Shown: one piece after another, positions 1 to 8,311 of the stretch | How positions within the stretch are numbered: position 1 is the first letter of the stretch | Layout of the letters: every line of letters starts with the position of its first letter | Assembly: GCF_000023965.1 (NCBI RefSeq) | Contig: NC_013202.1 | Coordinates: 2,670,001 to 2,702,000 of the forward strand | Direction: 5' to 3' | DNA length: 32,000 nt | Source of the DNA: Halomicrobium mukohataei DSM 12286 | GTDB lineage: Archaea; Halobacteriota; Halobacteria; Halobacteriales; Haloarculaceae | Program-made: the position numbers and the translations under genes | The notes under the pieces: generated by a model | The model's input: only the letters and a program-made list of their open reading frames with translations | Told to the model about the DNA's origin: nothing | Databases searched by the model: none

Positions 1-588
1 GTGATCGGCGTCGCGTCCTGGAGGTGGGTGCGGCCGGTCTTGACCACGTCGTCGAACGCCGACTCTTTGTCCGCCAGCGCGTCACGCAGCGTCGACAGCG
101 CGGGCAGCACGTCCTTCTCGACGGCCTCCAGTGCGGCGACGTGCATCGCCGTCGGGATCACGTCGTTGCTCGACTGGCCGTAGTTGACGTGGTCGTTGGG
201 GTGGATCGCCCGCGTCCCGATCTCGCCGCCCGAGAGCTCGGTCGCCCGGTTGGCGATGACCTCGTTGGCGTTCATGTTCGAGGACGTTCCCGATCCCGTC
301 TGGAACACGTCGACTGGGAACTGGTCGTCGTGCTCTCCGGCGATCACTTCGTCGGCGGCCTCGACGATGTACGCCGCCGTCTCGCTCTCGACTGTGCCCA
401 GATCTTCGTTGGCCTGCGCGGCGGCCTTCTTGACGATGCCCAGCGCTCGGACGAAGCGTCGGCCGAAGGTCTCCTCCGAGATCGGGAAGTTCTCGACCGC
501 GCGCTGGGTCTGTGCGCCCCAGTACGCGTCGGCCGGCACCTGCATCTCTCCGAGGCTGTCGCGTTCGGTCCGGAACTCGTCGCTCATG
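1..588 (-). CDS. fumC: Fumarate hydratase class II, N-terminal 196 codons (gene continues past the left window edge)
   Basis: Not in the supplied track (no stop in window). My translation of the minus strand from ATG 588..586: [37 protein letters not shown]...[21 protein letters not shown]...[19 protein letters not shown]...[13 protein letters not shown]. This is the canonical fumarase/aspartase-family N-terminus. The frame is open to base 1. Confidence 0.9.
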
Positions 589-684
589 ACACACGGAACG
601 TCGCCCCGGTCGGCGTAAAACCCACCGCTTTCACGCTCGCGCCAGCGGTTGCGGGGGCGTCGCCGCGACTCGAACCCGCCGGGG

Positions 685-689
685 AAAAA
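685..689 (-). terminator. Oligo-T tract (TTTTT on minus strand) 6 nt after the fen1 stop; possible archaeal terminator
   Basis: Plus strand reads ggggAAAAAg at 681..690, directly downstream of the fen1 stop (695..697). Archaeal RNAP commonly terminates at oligo-T tracts. Confidence 0.3.
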
Positions 690-694
690 GATGG

Positions 695-1675
695 TCAGGC
701 CCAGTCGTCCAGTCCGGTCTGGACGACGCTGGCCTCGATGTGCTCGAAGGCGCGCGCGACCTCGCCTTCGTCGACCTCCCACTCGCCGGTGACGTACTCG
801 CGGGCGGCGTCAAGGTCCGGGTTCACCGCCAGATCGAGGTCGTAGTCGTCCGTGACCGCCGGATCGAGGAACAGCTCTCGGATGCGGTCGCCGTGTTCGA
901 CGTGGGCGTCGCGGGCGTCGAGCGCGCCCCAGAGGTCGCCGTGCTCTTTCACCAGCTTGATCGCGGTCTTCGGCCCGACACCGTCGATGCCGGGATTGAA
1001 GTCCGTCCCCATCAGGATCGCGGCGTCGACCAGTTGCTCCCAGGTGATGCCGTGGTGGTCCAGCGTCGCCTGGAAGTCCATCAGTTCGGGGTCGCCGCTG
1101 CTGGTGAGTTGGCGCAGCGTCAGCGGTGCGCCGAGCAGGAGCGCGTCGTAGTCTTCGGTCCCGACGTAGTCGACGACGTTCTGGCGTGCCATGTGGGCAG
1201 CCTGGGCCTCGCCCTCTGCGGGCGCGTCGACGACGGGCACGTCCAGCAGCCTCAGCACCTCGCGAGTCGTCGTGAGGATCGTGTCGGTCAGGCGCTGGGT
1301 CTGGGAGTCCAGCCGAGCGACAGCTTTCGAGTCCCCGCGCTCGCGGGCGGCTTCGAGTTTCTCCTCGCGGGCCTCGCGGGCCTCGCGGCGCTGCTCGACC
1401 TCGTCGTCTTTGAGTTCCGTGACGCCGCCGTCGAAGACGAAGACCGGCGTCAGGTCGTGTTCGAAGAACTTCGGGAGCCCCTGGACGACGCCGATCAGGT
1501 TCGCCACCTCCGTCCCGTCGCTGGTGGTGTACTTCTCGTCGCTGGTGAACCGAACCGTGGTCGTGAGATACCGGTAGAGCCAGTTGTGGGCGTCGACGGC
1601 GACGACGCTGTCACTCAGCTCCTCGAAGGGAACGTCTTCGAGCGACGCCAGCGATCGTAGGTCTGCGTTTCCCAT
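695..1675 (-). CDS. fen: Flap endonuclease 1 (FEN-1)
   Basis: 326 aa. XPG-N start MGNADLRSL...[13 protein letters not shown]3TH region [21 protein letters not shown]-terminal PCNA-interaction motif QTGLDDWA. Confidence 0.95.
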   Translation of the reverse strand: MGNADLRSLASLEDVPFEELSDSVVAVDAHNWLYRYLTTTVRFTSDEKYTTSDGTEVANLIGVVQGLPKFFEHDLTPVFVFDGGVTELKDDEVEQRREAREAREEKLEAARERGDSKAVARLDSQTQRLTDTILTTTREVLRLLDVPVVDAPAEGEAQAAHMARQNVVDYVGTEDYDALLLGAPLTLRQLTSSGDPELMDFQATLDHHGITWEQLVDAAILMGTDFNPGIDGVGPKTAIKLVKEHGDLWGALDARDAHVEHGDRIRELFLDPAVTDDYDLDLAVNPDLDAAREYVTGEWEVDEGEVARAFEHIEASVVQTGLDDWA

Positions 1676-1740
1676 CGCACCGACGTAAGTGCGAGCAGGG
1701 TTTGAATGGTGGTGGTCGGCGTCGTCGGTCCCACGCGGGA

Positions 1741-1748
1741 TTTATTAT
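1741..1748 (+). promoter_or_regulatory. TATA-box-like TTTATTAT about 27 nt upstream of ATG 1772 (leaderless-type promoter)
   Basis: AT-rich octamer in otherwise GC-rich DNA, at the spacing expected between an archaeal TATA box and a leaderless start codon. Confidence 0.4.
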
Positions 1749-1771
1749 CGTCCGGATCGGTAACGAATCGT

Positions 1772-2641
1772 ATGGCGACAGACACACTGCGTCGCTACCA
1801 GGATCCGGAGTACACCGGCACGAATCGGTGCGTGCCGTGTACGCTGGTCAACAGCGCCATCGGGATCCTGCTGAGTGGGGGTATCGGTGCGGCTGGGGCG
1901 ATCTGGGCGACGACGGCCGTCGGGGTCGCTGGCGCGGGCGTCGTCCTCCTGCTCTCGGCTGTGAGTATCTACTTCAAGGGATATCTCGTGCCGGGAACGC
2001 CCGCGTTGACCAAGCGGTACTTCCCGCCCTGGCTACTGGAACTGTTCGGGAAGGAACCGGCAGGGGCCGCGGCGGGCGTCGCGAAGTCGGCCGCGGATCC
2101 CGCCGTCAGAGAGGAGACCGAAGAGCCGGCGGAGATCGATCTCGAAACGTACCTGGTCGAGGCCGGTGCGCTCGAACCGTGCCGGGGCGGCGAGGACCTC
2201 TGTCTCACCGACCCGTTCCAGGCCGAGTGGAACGAGGCGATCGAGCGGATTCGAGACGCGGACGTGGGGCGAGAACGCCTGCCTGCGCTGCTCGACACCA
2301 CGGCCGAGGAGGTGACCGTCGAAGAGCACGGCTCGGCGTTCCGCGCCCGCGTCGACGGCCAGTACGTCGGCACCTGGGAGTCCCGCGGCGCTTTCGTCGC
2401 CGACATCGCCGCGGCGGAGGTGCTTGGCGAGTGGCTCGACGACTGGGAGAGCGTCCCCGTCACGCACCGGGGCCAGCTGCTCAACGGTCTCAGGCTCTTC
2501 CTGACGACGTGTCCCTCGTGTGGCGGAGCGCTCGCCTTCGGCACCGACACCGTCGAGTCCTGCTGTACGACCCACGAGGTGGCCGCCGTCTCCTGTGAGG
2601 ACTGCGAGACGCGAGTCTTCGAATCAGACCCCGTCGGGTGA
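1772..2641 (+). CDS. Hypothetical membrane protein with C-terminal Cys-rich (zinc-ribbon-like) region
   Basis: Track ORF 1706..2641. I prefer ATG 1772 (MATDTLRRYQD) because of the TATA-like box at 1741. Two hydrophobic helices (LVNSAIGILLSGGIGAAGAIW; VGVAGAGVVLLLSAVSIYF) and a C-terminal CPSCG..CC..CEDC cluster. GC3-rich codon usage. Confidence 0.6.
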   Translation: MATDTLRRYQDPEYTGTNRCVPCTLVNSAIGILLSGGIGAAGAIWATTAVGVAGAGVVLLLSAVSIYFKGYLVPGTPALTKRYFPPWLLELFGKEPAGAAAGVAKSAADPAVREETEEPAEIDLETYLVEAGALEPCRGGEDLCLTDPFQAEWNEAIERIRDADVGRERLPALLDTTAEEVTVEEHGSAFRARVDGQYVGTWESRGAFVADIAAAEVLGEWLDDWESVPVTHRGQLLNGLRLFLTTCPSCGGALAFGTDTVESCCTTHEVAAVSCEDCETRVFESDPVG

Positions 2642-3163
2642 CGGGACGGCGACCGTCGCCGGTGGATCGGCACCGCGACGGTCGTCGAGAAAGGCGACTT
2701 CTTCGGGACTGAGGTCGCGTTCGCGGTAGCGTTCCAGACCGGACCGGTAGCGCGCTGGCGACCGGTCGCCGGGCCACGCGAGCACGAGTTCGGCGATGCC
2801 GGTCGTCTCGCCGGTGTAGGCAAAGCCCGCGCAGTAGCCGGCCTCGTAGGCGAAGGGGTTGTTGACCGCGATCCGAAGCGAGTCGTACCCGGAGTCGGCG
2901 GCCCGAGAGCGCGTAAACGAGAGCAGTCTGGGACCGATCCCCTCGCCGCGGCGATCCTCGCGGACCGTGACGTAGCGCAGCCAGAGGGTCGTCTCGTCGG
3001 TGCGGTCTTCGTTGAACGCGACCGCAGCGACGATTTCGCCGTCCTCGCGTGCGACACTCTTGCCGGTGGCGGACATGACGAACTTGCCCGCGTAGCTGAA
3101 CGTCCGGTAGTCCAGTTCGAGCGTCGGGCCGTCCGGCGGCCACCCCAGCAGGACGAACTCCAT
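2624..3163 (-). CDS. GNAT family N-acetyltransferase
   Basis: Track ORF 2624..3310, trimmed to ATG 3163 (MEFVLLGW). Acetyl-CoA binding motif VREDRRGEGIGPRLL. Overlaps the convergent upstream gene by 18 nt. Confidence 0.75.
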   Translation of the reverse strand: MEFVLLGWPPDGPTLELDYRTFSYAGKFVMSATGKSVAREDGEIVAAVAFNEDRTDETTLWLRYVTVREDRRGEGIGPRLLSFTRSRAADSGYDSLRIAVNNPFAYEAGYCAGFAYTGETTGIAELVLAWPGDRSPARYRSGLERYRERDLSPEEVAFLDDRRGADPPATVAVPSPDGV

Positions 3164-3210
3164 ACCGACGCCTCGGCGGGGAAGCGAAAGAGTCCGGCGG
3201 TCCGGGGCGG

Positions 3211-3351
3211 CTACAGGTCCCGCGAACGGTGGATGTTCCGGAGCGTGCCGCCACACTCCTCGCAGGTGCGGTCGGTCGTCGACTGCCGGCGCTGGCCGCA
3301 ATCGAAACATTCGTACAGTTCTCTCTCTGTCGTCGTGGCACTCGGGCGCAT
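3211..3351 (-). CDS. Small (46 aa) double-CxxC zinc-finger protein
   Basis: Below the track length cutoff. My translation: MRPSATTTERELYECFDCGQRRQSTTDRTCEECGGTLRNIHRSRDL. Two CxxC pairs (CFDC, CEEC), an AT-rich promoter-like region immediately upstream (3352..3420), and 47 nt upstream of the GNAT gene on the same strand. Confidence 0.55.
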   Translation of the reverse strand: MRPSATTTERELYECFDCGQRRQSTTDRTCEECGGTLRNIHRSRDL

Positions 3352-3487
3352 ATTCTCCTATACGAAGATCAATCTAATACCGTCTCCCCTAGAACACATT
3401 ATATGATACATATTCAGATCCGTCGAGGATCGAACGTGCGGTCAGGTTCGACGATACGGTCAAGCGGCTGGGCCGAGACGGGCCGGT

Positions 3488-4060
3488 ATGCACGGCGATG
3501 CCGCAGTCTTCGATCGGTTCGCCTGGGCGTACGACCGCCTGATGCCGTCGGCGGACGCAGGTGCGCTCGCGGCCGGACTCGCCGAGGCCGACAGAGACGT
3601 GGACCGCGTCGTCGACGTAGCCGGCGGCAGCGGTCGCGCACTCAGAGCGGTCTCGGCCGGTGAACGACTCGTCGTCGACGCCGCCCGTGGGATGCTCCGG
3701 CAGGCCACGCGCCACGGGCTGGCGACCGTCCAGGGCGACGCGGCGGCGCTGCCACTCGCAGACGACAGCGCCGACGCAGTGACTATCGTCGACGCCTTGC
3801 ACCACCTCCCGGACCGCGACGGGGCGATCCGCGAGGCCGAGCGCGTGCTCGCACCGGGCGGGGTCCTCGTGGTGGCAGACTTCGATCCGTCGACGATCAG
3901 GGGGCGGGGGCTGGTCGCCGCAGAACACCTGGTCGGCTTCGCCTCTCGCTTCGACACGCCCGAGCAGCTCCACCGACGGATGGCCGCCGCGGGGCTGGAG
4001 CCGGTGATCGTCGAAGACGGGTTCGGCTACGTCGTGGCCGGCGTCCGTTCGACGGCGTGA
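3488..4060 (+). CDS. Class I SAM-dependent methyltransferase
   Basis: 190 aa. Motif I VVDVAGGSG, post-I/II ALPLADDSADAVT, and motif LAPGGVLVV. Confidence 0.85.
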   Translation: MHGDAAVFDRFAWAYDRLMPSADAGALAAGLAEADRDVDRVVDVAGGSGRALRAVSAGERLVVDAARGMLRQATRHGLATVQGDAAALPLADDSADAVTIVDALHHLPDRDGAIREAERVLAPGGVLVVADFDPSTIRGRGLVAAEHLVGFASRFDTPEQLHRRMAAAGLEPVIVEDGFGYVVAGVRSTA

Positions 4061-4081
4061 CGAAACGGGAGAACAAAGACG

Positions 4082-4516
4082 ATGGAACTCCGAGACGCGG
4101 GTATGTCAGTCTCCTCGTCGGTCGGCCGGCGCGTCGATCCGGAACTGTCGATGGTCCTGCTCGCGCTGGGAGACGTGCTCGCGGTGACGATCTTCGTCGG
4201 CATCGGCGAGATCACCCACGGCGTCGACCCGATCGCACAGCCCGGCCGCGTCGCGGGAACGCTCGCGCCGTTCCTGATCGGACTCGCCGTCGTCACCGTC
4301 GGTGGCGGACTCTACACGCGAGACGCGATCAGGTCACCGGGGCGGGCGGTGTCGCTGATCGTGCCGGCGTGGATCGTGGCAGTCGTCGTCGCCCAGTTGC
4401 TCCGGGCGACGGCCGTCTTCCCCGGTAACGCCGCGATCACGTTCGCGATCGTCTCGACGATCGTCGGGGGAGTCCTGTTGCTCGTGTGGCGTGCCGTCGC
4501 GTCGGTGGTGCTCTGA
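4082..4516 (+). CDS. Small multi-pass membrane protein (DUF3054-like)
   Basis: 144 aa, about 4 hydrophobic helices, LGDVLAVTIFVGIGEITHG signature-like start. The start codon could instead be the internal Met at 4103. Confidence 0.55.
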   Translation: MELRDAGMSVSSSVGRRVDPELSMVLLALGDVLAVTIFVGIGEITHGVDPIAQPGRVAGTLAPFLIGLAVVTVGGGLYTRDAIRSPGRAVSLIVPAWIVAVVVAQLLRATAVFPGNAAITFAIVSTIVGGVLLLVWRAVASVVL

Positions 4517-4617
4517 TACCGCTGGCTGTCACGATCGTCGCCACTCCGTAGCGCCGAGCGGCGACACGGCGGTCGCTTCTCAGTGTGAGTGACGAGACGG
4601 TGAGAGCGTGAAGAATC

Positions 4618-4677
4618 GTCCCCGATCGAAACGGTCTGTGGCCGGCGATCGGCTGGTCCCGTCGTTTCGGCGGGGAC
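4618..4677. other. Long imperfect hairpin between convergent genes (possible bidirectional terminator or sRNA)
   Basis: GTCCCCG(4618-24)/CGGGGAC(4671-77), CGAAACG(4627-33)/CGTTTCG(4663-69), ACGG(4631-34)/CCGT(4659-62) and an inner GCCG..CGGC stem. Lies in the 228-nt non-coding gap 4517..4744. Confidence 0.3.
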
Positions 4678-4744
4678 GCGTACAGCGGTGTCGTGCCAGT
4701 GGTGAGTGCCCCGTCCCGGAGGGACCGCGTGCCACGCGACCGGT

Positions 4745-4912
4745 CTACTGGAGCGTGCCTACGTCGAGTGCCACCGTCGACTGGATCCACGCCTGATGGT
4801 TCTCCCGGTCGTAGATCACGAACTCGTCGTCACCGATAGTGAGTTCGGCGTATCGCCGAGTCTGCTCGTCGGTCGTGGCGTCCGTCACGTCGTCCGTGGC
4901 ATTCGTGCTCAT
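4745..4912 (-). CDS. Small acidic conserved hypothetical protein (55 aa)
   Basis: Track ORF 4745..5002, trimmed to ATG 4912: MSTNATDDVTDATTDEQTRRYAELTIGDDEFVIYDRENHQAWIQSTVALDVGTLQ. Resembles a widespread haloarchaeal small-protein pattern (..VIYDxEN..AWIQS..). Confidence 0.5.
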   Translation of the reverse strand: MSTNATDDVTDATTDEQTRRYAELTIGDDEFVIYDRENHQAWIQSTVALDVGTLQ

Positions 4913-5159
4913 AGGTATCGAGGGGAGCAGTAGGGTGTGCCTCTGTCCCTCCGCTCTCCGGTTGCAGGCCGGATCCCTTAAGCGCGACCCCCTAGTTATC
5001 ACGTCAGATAATTCACTGTCTGACAGGCCTCCTTCGATACACTTCGATTATCAGCGCAGATATCTCGCTAGGCAGTGGTTGATCCCCGCCAGGGCGACGG
5101 CGTTCGTGACACCAGCCTGCGTCGGGACGACGACAAGTGAAGCTCTCCCAATAGGACTC

Positions 5160-5240
5160 ATACGGACGGTTGTAGGAATTCACCGGTGAGCGTCGCCACG
5201 GGGTAGACGCTCACCGGTAAGCAACTACAACGTTCCGTAT
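5160..5240 (+). repeat. Nested-palindrome repeat, family 1, copy A (MITE-like)
   Basis: Outer arms ATACGGACGGTTGTAG/CTACAACGTTCCGTAT (14/16 complementary). Inner 13-bp perfect stem ACCGGTGAGCGTC/GACGCTCACCGGT. Loop GCCACGGGGTA. 76/81 identical to the reverse complement of 19690..19770. Confidence 0.85.
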
Positions 5241-5414
5241 CAAGCTTCGACGGTTTGGGGCCTGAAACACACGTTCTCTACCGAGTAGCTATTCATAAGT
5301 TATAGATTGAATTTGCAATGGCGACAGAAGAACTACAGAATGCCTATAGAGACGATAATTCAGTAATTATGCGAAACGCTTATACGTGTATTCATCATAC
5401 CAATAATCACATTC

Positions 5415-5633
5415 ATGACGGGATACTACGATCTTGTACTCGGTCTCATTCCGGTCGCGCTCGCAGGCATCTCCGGCACACTCGTGATCGGTGGCATCCC
5501 GTTGACCACGGCGATTCCGATGGCGTCTGTCGTCGCGGTCGGCCTGATCGGACACGCGATGTTCGTCCGTGCGCCGGTCGACTCGCCGCCGGCGACCGCG
5601 AGCGGATCGGAGTCGGCGCAGATCGCAGACTAG
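5415..5633 (+). CDS. Small two-helix membrane protein (72 aa), hypothetical
   Basis: MTGYYDLVLGLIPVALAGISGTLVIGGIPLTTAIPMASVVAVGLIGHAMF.. Preceded by a very AT-rich promoter-like region. GC3-rich codons. Confidence 0.45.
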   Translation: MTGYYDLVLGLIPVALAGISGTLVIGGIPLTTAIPMASVVAVGLIGHAMFVRAPVDSPPATASGSESAQIAD

Positions 5634-5683
5634 ATCCCCGTCGCCGCGACGTTTTCTTACCCCCTCGCCTCGAAGGTGGTCGT

Positions 5684-6694
5684 ATGTCCGCTTCCGACGA
5701 ACCGACGCTGTTCCTGACGAGTGACGACATCGACGGACTCGCGACGATGGCGGAGTACGTCGAAGCCGTTCGCGACGGCTACCGCGACCGAGGCCACGGC
5801 GCGCCGGCCCGGCCCAGAACGACGCTGTACGCCGACTCACCGGCCGGAATGCTGACGGGATACACGGCAATCTTGCCGACGGTGGGCGCGATGGGTGGCT
5901 ACACCTACGCCGCCGGTTTCGGCGGGCAGGACGCTCACTTCGTGTTGCCCCTGTTCGACGCCGAGAGCGGCGATCCCCTCGCGGTGTTCGACGGCGCGTC
6001 GCTGAACCCCTTCAAGACCGGAGCGACCGGCGGCGTCGCGATCGACGAACTCGCCCCGCCACGCGCGGACGACCTCGCTCTGTTCGGGAGCGGAGCGCAG
6101 GCGCGCGCACAGCTGAAGGCCGCCGCCGCGGTCCGGGAGCTGGAGCGCGTCGAAGTGTACTCTCCGACCGCCGACAGCCGGATGTCCTTCGCGGCCGAGA
6201 TGAACGAACAGCTTGATGCGACCGTCGCGGCCGTCGCGTCGCCGTCGGCGGCCATCGAGGGCGCAGACATCGTCGTAACGGCCACGAACGCCAGCGAACC
6301 GGTGTTCGACGGCTCGGAGCTGGAACCGGGCACCCACGTGACGGCGATGGGCCAGTACCACCCCGAGAAACGTGAGGTCGACGCGACGACGATCGAGCGG
6401 GCGACGTACGTCACGGACCTCCGCGAGCGGGTCGCGAACGACGCCGGTGCGTTCATCCACGCCGTCGAGGAGGGCGTCGTCGACGAGGACCACGTCCACG
6501 CCGAACTGGGCGAGATCGTCGCCGGCACGGCGCAAGGCCGGACCAGCGAAGACGAGATCACGCTGTTCGACAGCGGCGGGACGGCCATCGAGACGGTCGC
6601 GGCCGCACAGATGCTGTTGGAGCGAGCGCGCGAGCGCGGGCTCGGCGAGGAGATCGAGTTCGCGCCGGCCAGCGAAGCGCTGACGGGACGCTAG
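5684..6694 (+). CDS. Ornithine cyclodeaminase / mu-crystallin family protein
   Basis: Track ORF 5318..6694, trimmed to ATG 5684 (MSASDEPTLFLTSDDIDGL), which has a GGTGG Shine-Dalgarno-like element upstream. Rossmann motif LFGSGAQARAQL, TAMGQYHP, and C-terminal LFDSGGTAIETV. Confidence 0.85.
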   Translation: MSASDEPTLFLTSDDIDGLATMAEYVEAVRDGYRDRGHGAPARPRTTLYADSPAGMLTGYTAILPTVGAMGGYTYAAGFGGQDAHFVLPLFDAESGDPLAVFDGASLNPFKTGATGGVAIDELAPPRADDLALFGSGAQARAQLKAAAAVRELERVEVYSPTADSRMSFAAEMNEQLDATVAAVASPSAAIEGADIVVTATNASEPVFDGSELEPGTHVTAMGQYHPEKREVDATTIERATYVTDLRERVANDAGAFIHAVEEGVVDEDHVHAELGEIVAGTAQGRTSEDEITLFDSGGTAIETVAAAQMLLERARERGLGEEIEFAPASEALTGR

Positions 6695-7746
6695 AAGTAC
6701 GGTGCCAGCCCGAGCGCGTCGATCAGCGTCAGGCCGCTGAGGAGTGCGCCGACGAGGTACCCGCCGATGGTCCCGCCGTTGAGCAGCGGGAGGCCGGCGT
6801 GTGCGCGTCCTTTCAGTACCATCCGCATGAGGACGGCGAGTCCGACGAACGATCCGACCATCGCAGTCAGCGCCGGTAGCGGGATCGACAGTACTTCCGG
6901 CGTCGTCTCGCCCGCGAAGTGTGCGGCACTCGCCACGAGCACGGTCGGAATCACCACGTCGCCCAGACCGATGAACAGGGCGTCACGTTCGAGCGGGCCT
7001 TCCTCGGCGACCCCCTCCACGGGGTCGTCGGCGTCGACGGCTACGCCGCCGTCACTGTCGGTGACCGGCGTGGCCGCCGTGTCGTCGTCCGCGGCGCTCC
7101 CGTCGTCTTCGGCACTCGTCTGGGCCGTCGCGTCGGGAGTGTCGCTGTCGAGAAACGAGTACGACAGCGTCAGCGGAATGACCAGCACGACCGGCACCTT
7201 CAGGTCCATGACGCCGTTCGCAAGCGTCAGCATGTGTTCGGTCCCGTAGACGCTGATCGCGTCGTAGACCGCGAGCACGGTCAACAGGAGCAACGCCGGC
7301 AAGACGCCGAAGCTGATGCCGAACAACCCGGCTCCCGCGGCTCCCATCAGCGCCCCGGCGGTGTCGATGACGTACCACTCCGGGTAGACGTACAGGCCGA
7401 CACCGATGGCGACCGCACCGGCGAGTGCGATGGCGTTGATCCCTAACACCGGCGGTGCGGGCGGGACGAGGACGCTGAAGACGTACAGCGAGAGCCAGGC
7501 ACCGGAGCCGACCACCAGCAACCGGATCAGCTCGTCGACGCCGAGTTTGAACGCCGCGAGCATCACGCCGGTGGCGACGAGGATGGCGACGACGTAGTAG
7601 ATCGTGTTCGTCGGGTCCTGGGGGTTCTCGACCGGATCGTACACCTGGTCGAAGGGTTCGACCAGCGCCAGAGCGCCCAGCTGGACGAACAGGAAGATCG
7701 CGACGACGATCCCGAGCCCCAGAGCGACGCGCTTTCGCTCCTCCAT
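6691..7746 (-). CDS. Presenilin/signal-peptide-peptidase-like intramembrane aspartyl protease (archaeal PSH type)
   Basis: 351 aa polytopic protein. Catalytic motifs LAVYDAISVYG (YD) and FIGLGDVVIP (GxGD), C-terminal GLPLLNGG (PAL-like). Long acidic loop between the two catalytic helices. Confidence 0.8.
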   Translation of the reverse strand: MEERKRVALGLGIVVAIFLFVQLGALALVEPFDQVYDPVENPQDPTNTIYYVVAILVATGVMLAAFKLGVDELIRLLVVGSGAWLSLYVFSVLVPPAPPVLGINAIALAGAVAIGVGLYVYPEWYVIDTAGALMGAAGAGLFGISFGVLPALLLLTVLAVYDAISVYGTEHMLTLANGVMDLKVPVVLVIPLTLSYSFLDSDTPDATAQTSAEDDGSAADDDTAATPVTDSDGGVAVDADDPVEGVAEEGPLERDALFIGLGDVVIPTVLVASAAHFAGETTPEVLSIPLPALTAMVGSFVGLAVLMRMVLKGRAHAGLPLLNGGTIGGYLVGALLSGLTLIDALGLAPYF

Positions 7747-7786
7747 GCTCTGGACTCCGTCGCCGCAGGTATGAGGATTTCGGAGC

Positions 7787-8014
7787 CTACCGGGCGTACA
7801 GCCGCTGGCCGACCAGCGTCGGGAGCCGCACCTCGTCGTCGGGCGTGACGGCGACGTAGGGGTTCTCGACGGGGCCGAACACGTCGACCACCGAGCCGGC
7901 AGTCGCGAGATCCTCCGTCACGACCTCGGTGCCAAAGCCGGGGTAGCCGTCGTCGCCCGAGCGGACGATCGCCAGCCCCTGTGCGATCCGGACGACCTCG
8001 CCGACGCGTTTCAT
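7787..8014 (-). CDS. gar1: H/ACA RNP protein Gar1
   Basis: 75 aa, [19 protein letters not shown]...[21 protein letters not shown]-coupled to the upstream srp19. Confidence 0.8.
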   Translation of the reverse strand: MKRVGEVVRIAQGLAIVRSGDDGYPGFGTEVVTEDLATAGSVVDVFGPVENPYVAVTPDDEVRLPTLVGQRLYAR

Positions 8015-8289
8015 GCCCGCAGGGCCTGCAGGTACGCCGCGACGGCACCCAGCAGGTCGCTCTTGGTCGCGTCGTCGGCGTCTTTCACGAGGACGCGCCC
8101 CCGCGGTTCGTACTCGCGGGGATACGTCTTCTCGCGTTCGATGACGGCGTCGTAACCGACCTGCTGGACTGCCTTCGCGATCTCGTCGACCGTCGGCTCG
8201 GGGACGGCCTGTTCGCGCGAGACACGCCGGCCCTCGTTGCGGGACAGCGCCGCGTCGAGCGCGGCCGGCCAGATGACGTTCTCGACCAT
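8011..8289 (-). CDS. srp19: Signal recognition particle protein SRP19
   Basis: 92 aa, [22 protein letters not shown] signature. Confidence 0.9.
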   Translation of the reverse strand: MVENVIWPAALDAALSRNEGRRVSREQAVPEPTVDEIAKAVQQVGYDAVIEREKTYPREYEPRGRVLVKDADDATKSDLLGAVAAYLQALRA

Positions 8290-8311
8290 ACGTGCAGTGG
8301 CCGCGTGGGCC

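Noticed and set aside
640-690. tRNA-like GGGTTCGAGTC (minus strand) between fen1 and fumC
   Set aside because: No complementary T-stem, acceptor stem or anticodon arm could be built around it. It sits where the fumC promoter and fen1 terminator are expected.
1969-3341. Long minus-strand ORFs 1969..3057 and 2490..3341
   Set aside because: Low-complexity Arg/Ser/Pro translations overlapping the better-supported genes at 1772..2641 (+), 2624..3163 (-) and 3211..3351 (-).
4696-4713. CCAGTGGTGAGTGCCCCG resembling part of a haloarchaeal origin recognition box (ORB)
   Set aside because: It is a single partial match with no inverted partner, no flanking AT-rich unwinding element, and no orc1/cdc6 gene nearby.
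5318-5683. Upstream extension of the OCD-family ORF (458 aa version)
   Set aside because: The extension crosses the AT-rich gap and overlaps the small membrane gene in another frame. Homology and a Shine-Dalgarno-like GGTGG support ATG 5684. Similar upstream extensions were trimmed for 20206..20907, 15904..16023, 17521..17919, 23276..23443 and 20366..20482.
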